From assembly GCA_001785615.1 (NCBI GenBank), contig MFUG01000017.1, positions 1 to 40,379 on the forward strand: 40,379 nucleotides of DNA. Direction: 5' to 3'. The stretch is from Candidatus Nomurabacteria bacterium RIFCSPHIGHO2_02_FULL_42_19 (lineage in GTDB: Bacteria > Patescibacteriota > Minisyncoccia > Phycocordibacterales > UBA9973). Positions 18,390 to 27,601 of the stretch are shown piece after piece (positions within the stretch are counted from its first letter, which is position 1; every line of letters starts with the position of its first letter). The translations under genes were made by a program, and so were the position numbers. Below the pieces are notes generated by a model. That model was given only the letters and a program-made list of their open reading frames with translations. It had not been told where the DNA came from and did not search any database.

Positions 18390-18710
18390 TTATTTTTTCG
18401 CCTTCAACTCCTTTCTTTTCTTGGTCGGCTTTTTCTTTGGCAAGACGTTTATATACTTCCCTTCTATGGCCTTCTGGCGTACCAGGAAATTGTGCATGGT
18501 ATCGGAAAGTTTAGCGCCTTTTGACATCCAGTATTTCATTCGCTCCGTCTCAAAATGCGTTTCCCTATCTTTCTCTTTCGCTTTTGGATTATAGGTGCCG
18601 AGTATTTCTAAAAACTTGCCGCTCTTGGTGCTGTTTTTAGAATCAGTCAAAACGGCTCTAAATGAGGGGTCGTTTTTCCTGCCAATTCTTTGCAGTCGTA
18701 TTTTTAACAT
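18390..18710 (-). CDS. rpsP: 30S ribosomal protein S16
   Basis: MLKIRLQRIGRK, EILGTYNP, YWMSKGA. Confidence 0.97.
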   Translation of the reverse strand: MLKIRLQRIGRKNDPSFRAVLTDSKNSTKSGKFLEILGTYNPKAKEKDRETHFETERMKYWMSKGAKLSDTMHNFLVRQKAIEGKYINVLPKKKPTKKRKELKAKK

Positions 18711-18771
18711 TGTAAAAAGAGTTTAACATAAAAAATTAAAAAGGCAAATTAAATGTTATAGTTATAAAGTA

Positions 18772-20796
18772 ATGAAAAAAGCCGACAAACAAACTAATAA
18801 ATTAACGGGCATTATCTCCATCTCCTCCAAAGGCACAGGATACGTCGCAGTCGGAGCGGATAAAAACAAGGGTCAGGATCCGGAAGTTGATTTCAAGCAC
18901 TTGAATACAGCTCTACACGGAGACATGGTAGAAATAGTTCTACACCCAAAAGGAAAGGGGCGGCAAACGGCTGAGGTTTCAAGAATAATCAATAGGGTTA
19001 AAGATAGCTTCGTTGGGATCCTGGAGCTCGAAAATAATATATTTTTCTTCAAACCAGATGATACGAAAATGTACACCGATATCATCGTGCCGGAAAGTGC
19101 GCTAAATGGAGCAAATGCCGGAGACAAGGTCTTTGTAAAAATTGTTTCCTGGAAAGATCCCCGCAAAGCGCCTGAAGGAAAAGTAGAAAAGGTCCTGGGC
19201 CGACCCGGCGACAACAACGTAGAGATGGAGTCCATCGCGCTCGAGAAGGGTTTTGGCGCGAAACTTCCCACCCAAGTAGAAGAAGAAGCGATAAAAATAA
19301 AAGCGTTGGGAATTGAAGAGTCGGACTATGCGGGTCGGCGGGATTTCAGAGGCACTCTTACTTTTACTATTGATCCCGATACCGCCAAGGACTTTGACGA
19401 CGCAATATCTTTCTGTGAGCTCCCCTCCTTAAATAAGGAGGGGGCTGGGAGTGGTAAAAAGCACCACCCCGCCTACGGCACCCCTCCTTCAAAAGGAGGG
19501 GAACTTTACGAAATAGGAATTCACATTGCGGACGTATCGCACTATGTGAAAATAGGCAGTGGAATTGACGTGGAGGCGCGCGAGCGAGGAACTTCGGTAT
19601 ATTTGGTGGACCGAACCATCCCCATGTTGCCGGAAATTTTATCGAACGATTTGTGCAGCTTAATGCCCGACCAAGATCGCCTCACCATGAGCGCTGTTTT
19701 TGTTATAGATAAAAATGCACAGGTGAAAAGTGAATGGTTCGGGAAGACAGTAATCCATTCACGAAAACGACTCACTTATGAAGGGGCCGAGAACTCAATA
19801 AAAAAAGCAAACGCGCCCTTCCATAAAGAGCTTGTGGTTTTGAATAATTTAGCGAAGAAATTAACCAAGGAGAGATTTGCTCAAGGCGCAATATCGCTGG
19901 ATCAGGAAGAAGTGCAATTTGTATTGGACTCCGACGGAACACCGCTAAAAGTAATCAAGAAAGAACGAGGCGATTCAAATAGATTAATTGAGGAATTTAT
20001 GCTTTTGGCGAATAAAAAAGTAGCAGAAGTAATTTCACCGAAAAATATCAAGGGGGTAAAAAGCGGAATGAAAAGTGAAGGGGTATCAATATATAGAGTG
20101 CATGATTTGCCGAGTAAAGAAAAAATGGCTGATCTGGCTTTTTTCTTGCGAGGGCTAGGATACAAGATTACTCTTAGAGACGGACTTATCCCATCTCATG
20201 AAATAAACAAACTGCTAGAGGGCCTGGAGGGCAAAGATGAGAAAGATACAGTGCATCGCGCCGTCATCCGCTCCATGGCCAAAGCGATTTATTCTACTAA
20301 AAATATCGGGCACTATGGGCTCGCCTTTTCATATTACACCCACTTCACTTCCCCGATTAGACGGTACCCGGACATAATAGTACACCGTCTACTAGATGAT
20401 TACTTAAAAGGTAAAAAAATTAGTCAGGAAAAGTTTCACCTTTACGAAGAAATGTCTTTGCGCGCATCAGACCAGGAAAAGCGCGCCTCGGATGCAGAAC
20501 GGGCCTCGATAAAATATAAACAAGTAGAATACATGAGTAAACGCTTGGGTTCATCTTTCGCAGGGGTTATCAGCGGCATAACCGAATGGGGGCTGTATGT
20601 TGAAGAAAAGGAGACGAAGTGCGAGGGCCTGGTGCGAGTGCGCGATATGAATGATGATTTTTATATTTTCAATGAAAAGAAATTTGAGTTGGTCGGACAA
20701 AAGAAGAAAAAGAGGTATCGTCTGGGCGATCGTGTTAAAATAAAAGTAAAAGGAGTTGATTTGGAACGGAAAACGATTGATTATGTTTTAGTATGA
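18772..20796 (+). CDS. rnr: Ribonuclease R
   Basis: FTIDPDTAKDFDDA, HIADVSHYV, IEEFMLLAN, YTHFTSPIRRYPD, C-terminal S1. Confidence 0.96.
   Translation: MKKADKQTNKLTGIISISSKGTGYVAVGADKNKGQDPEVDFKHLNTALHGDMVEIVLHPKGKGRQTAEVSRIINRVKDSFVGILELENNIFFFKPDDTKMYTDIIVPESALNGANAGDKVFVKIVSWKDPRKAPEGKVEKVLGRPGDNNVEMESIALEKGFGAKLPTQVEEEAIKIKALGIEESDYAGRRDFRGTLTFTIDPDTAKDFDDAISFCELPSLNKEGAGSGKKHHPAYGTPPSKGGELYEIGIHIADVSHYVKIGSGIDVEARERGTSVYLVDRTIPMLPEILSNDLCSLMPDQDRLTMSAVFVIDKNAQVKSEWFGKTVIHSRKRLTYEGAENSIKKANAPFHKELVVLNNLAKKLTKERFAQGAISLDQEEVQFVLDSDGTPLKVIKKERGDSNRLIEEFMLLANKKVAEVISPKNIKGVKSGMKSEGVSIYRVHDLPSKEKMADLAFFLRGLGYKITLRDGLIPSHEINKLLEGLEGKDEKDTVHRAVIRSMAKAIYSTKNIGHYGLAFSYYTHFTSPIRRYPDIIVHRLLDDYLKGKKISQEKFHLYEEMSLRASDQEKRASDAERASIKYKQVEYMSKRLGSSFAGVISGITEWGLYVEEKETKCEGLVRVRDMNDDFYIFNEKKFELVGQKKKKRYRLGDRVKIKVKGVDLERKTIDYVLV
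19420..19502. repeat. REP-like double hairpin inserted in frame in rnr
   Basis: CCCCTCCTT-AAAT-AAGGAGGGG ... CCCCTCCTT-CAA-AAGGAGGGG; same family as 4908-5000. Confidence 0.85.
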
Positions 20797-22727
20797 GATC
20801 CACTTTAAGCACTAAGATGAAATGGGCGGTTGGGGCGATATTCACTATTGCCAGCTTGGTTTTTATCATTTTTCTGGGGTCTTCTGTATTAAAAAATATT
20901 GCCTATAACGAAGAAGGAGTTCTTCAGTTGGCGAGCGTGAGTGAAGCGCCGCTTGGAGTAGCAGCGGAAGTAGCTCCTAAATATTTTTATTTCAATAAGG
21001 GTTCAAATGTCGGGCCAAATGTCTCGGCGCTCTCGTACCTGGTCGGCGACCTGGATACAGGAGAAATTGTGCTAGTAAAAAATAAAGACCAAAGAATGTC
21101 CATCGCTTCAGTTACCAAACTCATGACGGCGTTGGTGGCTCGGGAGATAAGCGATGCGGAAGACGTCGCTTTAGTAAGTAAAAAGGCGCTTTCCACTTAT
21201 GGCGGAAATGGTAGTTTTAGTGTGGGAGAAAAAGTAAAAATAAGCGATCTCTTTTATCCCCTACTGTTAGAGTCAAGTAACGACGCCGCGGAAATATTGG
21301 CGGAACATTTCGGACGAGACATTTTTATTGAAAAAATGAACCGGGAAGCAGAAATATTGCGGATGTCCGCGACTTCCTATGAAGATCCCAGCGGATTATC
21401 CGTGAACAATCAGTCAACTGTTTACGATATTTTCAAACTAGTAGGATACATAAAAAAAGAAAAACGGGACTTATTGCAAATTACCACCGCAAGAAGTTAT
21501 TCAAGTAAAAGTCATAACTGGTCAAGCAACAACCAATTTTTGCGTGAAATAGGATACTTGGGCGGAAAAAGTGGCTACACCGACCCCGCCAAACAAACCG
21601 TCGTCTCTCTTTTCTCACTACCCTTGGGCGAAAATGGAAACAGATCGCTCGCTATTACCCTTCTAGGGAGCAAAGATCGCTATAAAGATGTGGAAAATAT
21701 CGTAAAATATTTGCAGAAATATATATATTACGGCGGAGAAGTGGGGGCTAACAACGCCTGGGTTAAACAACAAAACGGCATACCAGAAATTAAAGATCCG
21801 GATTTTGTGACCTTCACCTTCTTGGGAGACATCATGCTTGACCGGGGAGTAAAAAATTCGGTAATAAAAAATTTCGCTGGCGACTATTCGGCTTTGTTTG
21901 AAAGATTAGAAACATTGAAAAAGTCCGACATTGTTTTCGCCAACTTAGAAGGCACCGCGTCCGACAAGGGTAAAGACAGCAGAAATTTATATTCTTTTAG
22001 AATGGACCCTTCTATCTTACCCGCGCTCAGGGGTGCAGGGATAAGTATTTTATCCGTTGCCAACAACCACATTGGCGATTTCGGTCATGAGGCCTATGTT
22101 GATACTCTGGCGCGTTTGCAGGAAAATGAAATACTCTATACGGGTGGAGGAATAACTAGCGATGAGGCAGAAAGGCCACAGATTATTGAAAAGTATGGAA
22201 TGAAAATCGGCTTCATTGGATTTTCCGACCAAGGGCCGGACTGGATGAGAGCCAAAGAGGGTCAGGCGGGAATCCTGCTTGCCAGCAATCCGCGTTTTGA
22301 AGAAATAATTCAAAATGCTTCACGGCAAGTGGACTATTTAGTGGTATCGTTTCATTTTGGCGAAGAATATCAGACCGAACATGATGATAGACAGGAATCT
22401 TTGGCTCATCGGGCCATAGACAACGGCGCGAAAATTGTAGTGGGCCATCACCCGCATGTGATGCAGGATACCGAGGTCTATAGCTCAAAAGATTGCACTC
22501 AAAGTTCGTGCGTGGGCTATATCATTTATTCGCTTGGTAATTTTATTTTTGATCAAGGATTTAGCGAGGACACCATGCAGGGGCTAATGCTGGGGTTGAA
22601 GTTATGGAGGGATGGCAGTATTTCCGTCACAAAAAATATTTTAAAGTTAAATAGGGTCTTCCAGCCAGATACAATAATTAAAGGCAAGGAGGAGAAACTA
22701 AAATTCGCAGAGACATTGATTCCGTAG
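20793..22727 (+). CDS. Fusion of D-Ala-D-Ala carboxypeptidase (peptidase S11) and CapA/PGA_cap metallophosphatase-like domain
   Basis: SVTK, SSN, KSG penicillin-binding motifs; GDIMLDR, NLEG, ANNH, HFGEEY, GHHPHV, YSLGNF. Confidence 0.9.
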   Translation: MRSTLSTKMKWAVGAIFTIASLVFIIFLGSSVLKNIAYNEEGVLQLASVSEAPLGVAAEVAPKYFYFNKGSNVGPNVSALSYLVGDLDTGEIVLVKNKDQRMSIASVTKLMTALVAREISDAEDVALVSKKALSTYGGNGSFSVGEKVKISDLFYPLLLESSNDAAEILAEHFGRDIFIEKMNREAEILRMSATSYEDPSGLSVNNQSTVYDIFKLVGYIKKEKRDLLQITTARSYSSKSHNWSSNNQFLREIGYLGGKSGYTDPAKQTVVSLFSLPLGENGNRSLAITLLGSKDRYKDVENIVKYLQKYIYYGGEVGANNAWVKQQNGIPEIKDPDFVTFTFLGDIMLDRGVKNSVIKNFAGDYSALFERLETLKKSDIVFANLEGTASDKGKDSRNLYSFRMDPSILPALRGAGISILSVANNHIGDFGHEAYVDTLARLQENEILYTGGGITSDEAERPQIIEKYGMKIGFIGFSDQGPDWMRAKEGQAGILLASNPRFEEIIQNASRQVDYLVVSFHFGEEYQTEHDDRQESLAHRAIDNGAKIVVGHHPHVMQDTEVYSSKDCTQSSCVGYIIYSLGNFIFDQGFSEDTMQGLMLGLKLWRDGSISVTKNILKLNRVFQPDTIIKGKEEKLKFAETLIP

Positions 22728-22779
22728 GGGCGTGTCCGCCGGCAAACTCGTTTAAGGATAGATTGTAGAATAAAAAATT

Positions 22780-22815
22780 TGTTGTTAAATTATGCATATG
22801 CTAGAATTAACAACA
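22780..22815. repeat. 36-bp palindromic site, upstream of PaaX/Cas2-like gene 2
   Basis: TGTTGTTA-aattat-GCATATGC-tagaat-TAACAACA. Confidence 0.88.
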
Positions 22816-22816
22816 T

Positions 22817-23350
22817 ATGGTTGAAAGAAAGCATATAGTAAAATTCAAAAGATTTATTGATTCAGGAAGTAAAGGTTTAGATTTAACAAAAACTCTCCTA
22901 TTCTCTGTCGCCTTGGGTGAAAAACTATCGCCTGACCTCTATAATAAAAGAAAGGTGACACAAGCGTTTAGTGGTCTTAGACGTTACAAGTTCATAAAAA
23001 AGAATAAAAACCGTGACATTTACTCGCTCACTACTAAAGGCGAGAATCGATTGCGTCATATTGTCATAGACGATATTGAAATAAAGAAAGCTAGAAACTG
23101 GGATGGTAAGTGGCGTTTAGTGATGTATGATCTTCCTATAAGATTCAAAAAAGCTAGAAATGCTTTCAGGTGGAAGCTTAAGGATTTGGGATTTTTTCAA
23201 TTTCAAAAAAGTGTTTGGATTTATCCTTATCCCTGTGAAGGAGAAGTGGTGTTTGTTGCTGACTTTTTCGGAGTTCGTAAGTATGTAGAGATATTAGGAG
23301 TGAATGAACTTTCTGACGATAGAAAAATAAGATACCACTTCGGCCTATGA
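22817..23350 (+). CDS. PaaX-C/Cas2-like protein with wHTH (copy 2)
   Basis: LTTKG; WDGKWRLVMYDLP, RNAFRWKLKDLGFFQFQKSVWIYPYPC. Confidence 0.85.
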   Translation: MVERKHIVKFKRFIDSGSKGLDLTKTLLFSVALGEKLSPDLYNKRKVTQAFSGLRRYKFIKKNKNRDIYSLTTKGENRLRHIVIDDIEIKKARNWDGKWRLVMYDLPIRFKKARNAFRWKLKDLGFFQFQKSVWIYPYPCEGEVVFVADFFGVRKYVEILGVNELSDDRKIRYHFGL

Positions 23351-23354
23351 CCAG

Positions 23355-23390
23355 TGTTGTTATTTTGTGCATATGCTAAATTTAACAACA
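23355..23390. repeat. 36-bp palindromic site, downstream of PaaX/Cas2-like gene 2
   Basis: TGTTGTTA-ttttgt-GCATATGC-taaatt-TAACAACA; 31/36 to the upstream copy. Confidence 0.88.
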
Positions 23391-23434
23391 TAGATTATGT
23401 ATAAATAATAACTGTGGATAGCGTATATAATTCC

Positions 23435-25591
23435 TTATTTCGCAATAGCGACGGCTTCGTCGAATTTTACGGAGAGAAGTTTGGAGGCAGAGTCGAAACC
23501 GATAGTAACACCATAGAGCATGCTTGCGCGAGACATGGTCTCGCGGTTATGCGTCACCACAACGAGCTGTGAATGTTTGGAGAGTTTTTCTAGCATATCG
23601 CCGTATTTGCGCGAGTTGGCTTCGTCCAGCGCCGCATCCGTCTCGTCGAGCACCAAAAACGGCGGCGGGTTTACCTGCGACATGGCAAAGAGGAGCGCGA
23701 TAGAAGTAAGCGACCGCTCCCCGCCGGATAGCGCCTGCAATTCTTTAACTTTTTTGTGCGGAAGCGAAACATTTATATCTATCCCCTGCTCTGGAGTGGT
23801 TTCATCTTCTTCAAAAGGCACTTCGCCCTCTTCTTCCATAGCTTCATCTCTTTTTTTCTTTTTATTTTCAACTATTACCGAGAGGGATCCTGAACCTCCT
23901 CCGAACATTAGGGTGAAAAATTCCTTAAACTCTATATTTATTTTCTTAATACCTTCCTTGAATTCAACATCTACTTTCTCTTTCAAGTCAGCCATGATTT
24001 TTTCCAGCGATTTGACGCTCTCCGCCAGATCTTCCATTTCTTTGGTTAAAAATTTATCCCGCTCCGAGACCTCATTGAATTCTTTTAATATTTCGCTTCC
24101 CCCGCCTACCCCCGCATCTTCTAATTTTATTTTAATGCGTTCTATTTTTTTCCTTAATTCCTCTTGTTCTTCTGGATTGATCAATACCTGCCCGCCAGGG
24201 ACGGATCCGTCTTGGGCGGAAAAAGTTTTATAAGAAAGAATTTCCTCGCCAATAAGTGCTCGTCCTTCTCGGACTTCATTTTGAAATGTTTCCTCCCCTT
24301 TTGACACGTTGGCTTCTTTAATATTTATGAGCTCTAAATTTGAAGAGAGTTCCTGGTATTTCACCTTCCAGGCAAATTTCTCCCGCTCTTTATCACGAAG
24401 CGACTCCATTTCTTTATTGATTGCCTGCTTGAGTGTTTCAATTGACTGAACCCCCTTTTTCTCGGCAGCTTCCAAATTTTTCATTTCAGCTAAAATACTG
24501 GTGTGCGAATTCTTTAGTGCCTGTAGTTCTTTTTCTTCATTCTGCCTTTTTTCTATCTGTTCCGGATGCATCTCTTTTATTTCATTCCCGCAGAGCGGAC
24601 AGCGGCCGGCAATTTTAACCTTATTTTCTTTCGCTTCCAGTATGCCTTCAATCCGCCCTAGTTGGCGTCCCTTCTCGTTCTTTTCATTTCGAATTTCATT
24701 TACTTTTTCTTCCACCTCACGAAGCTCCTCGATTTTTTTATTGCCTGTCCTGGAGGTTTCATCCGGAATATCGGAAATTTTGGCATCAATACCTTTTAGC
24801 TCATTTAGTATTTTGCTTTTTTCTTTGGCTAAATGACTTTTTTCATTTTCAAGAAATATGCTTTCTTTTTTCAAATACTCGCGGTATAAAATAGCGAGCT
24901 CGGCGCTCATCTTCTTGGCCTTTTCAAATTTTTCTACTTGCCTCTCTAGGAATTTAAGGTGTGGGGCATTCTCCCTGCGCAAGAGCACAACTTCTTTCAT
25001 GTTTTCGCGGGTTCGCTCCAGCTTACGCTCGGACTCCTTTATTTTATATTGATAAATTTTGAGTCCGAGCGCGTCTTCTATCATTTCTTTTCTATCCTTG
25101 GGCGATGCATTTAAGATTCTATCCGCTTCGCCCTGAGAGATGATGTGGTGCCCGGAAGAGCCCACGTTTACTGAGGCCAAAAGGTTGTTTATGTCTTTGA
25201 GTCGTACTTCCGAACCGTTTAAGATATATTTATTGAGCCCATCGGTATAAACCTCTCGAGCAATTGAAATGGTATCGTAATTTAAATTTATGTCTTCTCC
25301 CCCATCGTTCGTTAGTTTGAAAATTTTATCCGAGTTATCAAAATAAATTGCCACACTTGCTCTGTTTCCTTTCGGCAATTGCTTAGATCCTTTGAAAATT
25401 AAATCGGTTCCGGCCTTTCCACGCATGGACTTCATGGACTGCTCACCTAAAACATAACGGATCGCCTCCACTACGTTTGATTTCCCGGAACCATTGGGCC
25501 CCACAATGCAGACGATGGGATGAGTGAATTCCAGAACCGTTTTTTTAGAAAAGGACTTAAAACCATTGAGTTCGATGCTTTTCAGTCGCAT
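23435..25591 (-). CDS. smc: Short SMC-family ATPase with no hinge and a central CPLC
   Basis: GFKSF, GPNGSGKSN, Q-loop ISQG, LSGGE, LDETDAALD, VVTH; follows rnc as smc usually does. Confidence 0.85.
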   Translation of the reverse strand: MRLKSIELNGFKSFSKKTVLEFTHPIVCIVGPNGSGKSNVVEAIRYVLGEQSMKSMRGKAGTDLIFKGSKQLPKGNRASVAIYFDNSDKIFKLTNDGGEDINLNYDTISIAREVYTDGLNKYILNGSEVRLKDINNLLASVNVGSSGHHIISQGEADRILNASPKDRKEMIEDALGLKIYQYKIKESERKLERTRENMKEVVLLRRENAPHLKFLERQVEKFEKAKKMSAELAILYREYLKKESIFLENEKSHLAKEKSKILNELKGIDAKISDIPDETSRTGNKKIEELREVEEKVNEIRNEKNEKGRQLGRIEGILEAKENKVKIAGRCPLCGNEIKEMHPEQIEKRQNEEKELQALKNSHTSILAEMKNLEAAEKKGVQSIETLKQAINKEMESLRDKEREKFAWKVKYQELSSNLELINIKEANVSKGEETFQNEVREGRALIGEEILSYKTFSAQDGSVPGGQVLINPEEQEELRKKIERIKIKLEDAGVGGGSEILKEFNEVSERDKFLTKEMEDLAESVKSLEKIMADLKEKVDVEFKEGIKKINIEFKEFFTLMFGGGSGSLSVIVENKKKKRDEAMEEEGEVPFEEDETTPEQGIDINVSLPHKKVKELQALSGGERSLTSIALLFAMSQVNPPPFLVLDETDAALDEANSRKYGDMLEKLSKHSQLVVVTHNRETMSRASMLYGVTIGFDSASKLLSVKFDEAVAIAK
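24186..24220. repeat. REP-like hairpin in frame in smc
   Basis: CCGCC-aggGACGGATCCGTCttg-GGCGG. Confidence 0.65.
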
Positions 25592-25600
25592 ATTGTTTAA

Positions 25601-26296
25601 TTATTCCAGCCAGTTTTTTACTTTTAATGCCGCCTCCGCTGCTTTCTGCTCGGCCTCCTGCTTGCTTTTACCTTTACCTTCAGCAATCATTGTATTTCCA
25701 AATAAAATTCCAACCGTAAAATGCTTATCATGGTCCGGGCCCGATTCATTTAAGACCTTATAAGCGGGTGTAACCAGGGCGAATTCTTGCGCTTTTTCCT
25801 GTACCAAACTTTTCGCGTCGCGCCAGAGTTTCTTATTCACTATCTCTTCGGTCTCTCCGAGCAATGACGCCGTAACAAATTTATTCGCCACTTCGTAACT
25901 CTGATCTAAATAAATAGCTCCCACATATGCTTCGTAGGTGTTGGCCAGAATATATTGCCGCGCTTTACCGTTGTCCTTGGCCTCGCCCTTGGATAATAAT
26001 AAATAGTCATTTAGGCCTATTTTGGAAGCAATTTCAGAAATTATCACCGCGTTCACTAGGGCGCTCCGGACAGCCGTCAGGTCTCCCTCTGTATAATTAG
26101 GATATTTTTTATAAAGGAAATCAGTAACGATGAGTTCCAGCACCGCATCACCCAAGAATTCCAAGCGCTCGTTGTGTGACAGCCCTTCACTAGGATTTTC
26201 ATTTATATAAGAACGATGAATAAAGGCCTGTCGGAGCAAGTTCTTGTCCTTAAAAATTATTTTGGTCTTTTTCTCAAAGTCCGCAAAGTTGATCAT
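25601..26296 (-). CDS. rnc: Ribonuclease III
   Basis: NERLEFLGDAVL; dsRBD with GPDHDK..G.GKSKQEAEQ. Confidence 0.98.
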   Translation of the reverse strand: MINFADFEKKTKIIFKDKNLLRQAFIHRSYINENPSEGLSHNERLEFLGDAVLELIVTDFLYKKYPNYTEGDLTAVRSALVNAVIISEIASKIGLNDYLLLSKGEAKDNGKARQYILANTYEAYVGAIYLDQSYEVANKFVTASLLGETEEIVNKKLWRDAKSLVQEKAQEFALVTPAYKVLNESGPDHDKHFTVGILFGNTMIAEGKGKSKQEAEQKAAEAALKVKNWLE

Positions 26297-26300
26297 ATAT

Positions 26301-27263
26301 TTATTTTTTGTCCCGACCTATGTCGGGATTTCGACTTTGGTCGGAACTAATAATTTCAATAGCTTTAGTAATAAGCGGAATAATGTCATTGTAAATATGT
26401 AAGTCCGGAATTTCTTTCAATTTAAACCACCTAGCGTCGTCCAAGCCGCCTGAGACCTCAAGATTTAACTTTTGGTATTCGGTCTCGGCCAGAAAATACG
26501 AGACCTTTTTCAAAATTTTACCCTTCTCTGGATGCGAAGCCACGTATTGATTCTCTCCCAGTTTTTCTTTTATTTTTATATCTAGACCTATTTCTTCTTT
26601 TATCTCTCTTATTGTTGCTTCTTCTTCTTCCCCGTTTTCAATACTACCTTTTGATAACGTCCAGTATCCGAACACATCATGCACTAAGGCAAAGTAAACA
26701 TCATTGTCTACTCTGGCATAAACCAATGCCCCGCCCTTTTTCTCCACTGGTAATTTACTGGTATCCACTGGTCCCTCGTCTCTCTTTTCTTTTTTCTTCT
26801 TGCTTACTTCGTCTTTGCCGGGCTCGCCAATTTCTTTATAAACCGCGCCCAATACGCCGTTCACAAATTTGCCGGAGTTTTCCCCGCCAAATGTTTTGGC
26901 CAACTCTATGGCTTCATTGATAGCCACTTTCGGAGGTACTTGGGTCCTGTCGCCGAAGAGGAGCTCGGTCAGCCCTATGCGCAAAATATTTCTATCTACT
27001 ACAGAAATTTTATCTAAGGGCCAGTCCGGCGCGGCTTTTTCTATGATTTCATCCACCACGCTTCGTTTCTTTAATATCTGCTCGGTGAGCAAAAATACAA
27101 AATTGTCGTCCTCTAGTCCGGGGGCAAATTCTTTAAGATTTCTAGAGAGAATCTCTTTAATTTTTTCATCCACGGAATCATTTTCGGATTTTTCAGGGGA
27201 CAAGAAGTCCCACTCAAAAAGGGTCTGAAGTACTATTGATCTGGAAAGGTGCCTGTTTGCCAT
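26301..27263 (-). CDS. nusB: NusB fused to a C-terminal NUDIX-like domain
   Basis: RHLSRSIVLQ, DRNILR, VAINEAIELAK, FVNGVLG; then WTLSKG..REIKEEIGL. Start ATG 27263. Confidence 0.92.
   Translation of the reverse strand: MANRHLSRSIVLQTLFEWDFLSPEKSENDSVDEKIKEILSRNLKEFAPGLEDDNFVFLLTEQILKKRSVVDEIIEKAAPDWPLDKISVVDRNILRIGLTELLFGDRTQVPPKVAINEAIELAKTFGGENSGKFVNGVLGAVYKEIGEPGKDEVSKKKKEKRDEGPVDTSKLPVEKKGGALVYARVDNDVYFALVHDVFGYWTLSKGSIENGEEEEATIREIKEEIGLDIKIKEKLGENQYVASHPEKGKILKKVSYFLAETEYQKLNLEVSGGLDDARWFKLKEIPDLHIYNDIIPLITKAIEIISSDQSRNPDIGRDKK
26311..26346. repeat. CCGAC/GTCGG double hairpin forming the nusB C-terminal tail
   Basis: TCCCGAC-CTAT-GTCGGGA then TTCGAC-TTTG-GTCGGA. Confidence 0.7.
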
Positions 27264-27282
27264 AAGTTTCAAAAAACAAGAA

Positions 27283-27510
27283 CTATTTTGCCTGGGCCTG
27301 CTTTGCCTTCTCTTTCTTTTGCTTCTTTTCGGCTTTCTTCACTAAATCCACTACCTTCATCCCGCGATAAAATCCGCAGGAAGCGCACACTGTGTGATTC
27401 CTCTTTAATTCCTTGCAGTTTTCGCACTTAACGAAATTGGTGCTAGCGAGCGCGTGGTGTGAGCGTCTGTTTTTCGTATGCGATTTTGTGCTCCTCATTC
27501 GTACTACCAT
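27283..27510 (-). CDS. rpmF: 50S ribosomal protein L32
   Basis: RRSHHAL, CENC..HTVCASCGFYRG. Confidence 0.96.
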   Translation of the reverse strand: MVVRMRSTKSHTKNRRSHHALASTNFVKCENCKELKRNHTVCASCGFYRGMKVVDLVKKAEKKQKKEKAKQAQAK

Positions 27511-27601
27511 AATGTGGTCTATCCTAACACATTAAGGCCGAAAAGCAAACAAAAAGAAAATAACGGCTGGCAAAAAATATAAAAAATGTTATCATTGACA
27601 C

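Noticed and set aside
18721-18748. dif site (GTTTAACATAA resembles the XerD arm)
   Set aside because: No XerC arm; better explained as the rpsP promoter (TTGCCT..TGtTAAACT on the minus strand).
23413-23421. DnaA box / oriC
   Set aside because: A single imperfect box (TGTGGATAG), no cluster and no dnaA/dnaN.
23520-24233. Long antisense ORFs (237 aa here, 185 aa at 32407-32964, many shorter)
   Set aside because: Shadows of smc, gyrB, rpoBC and others; Ser-rich and without motifs.
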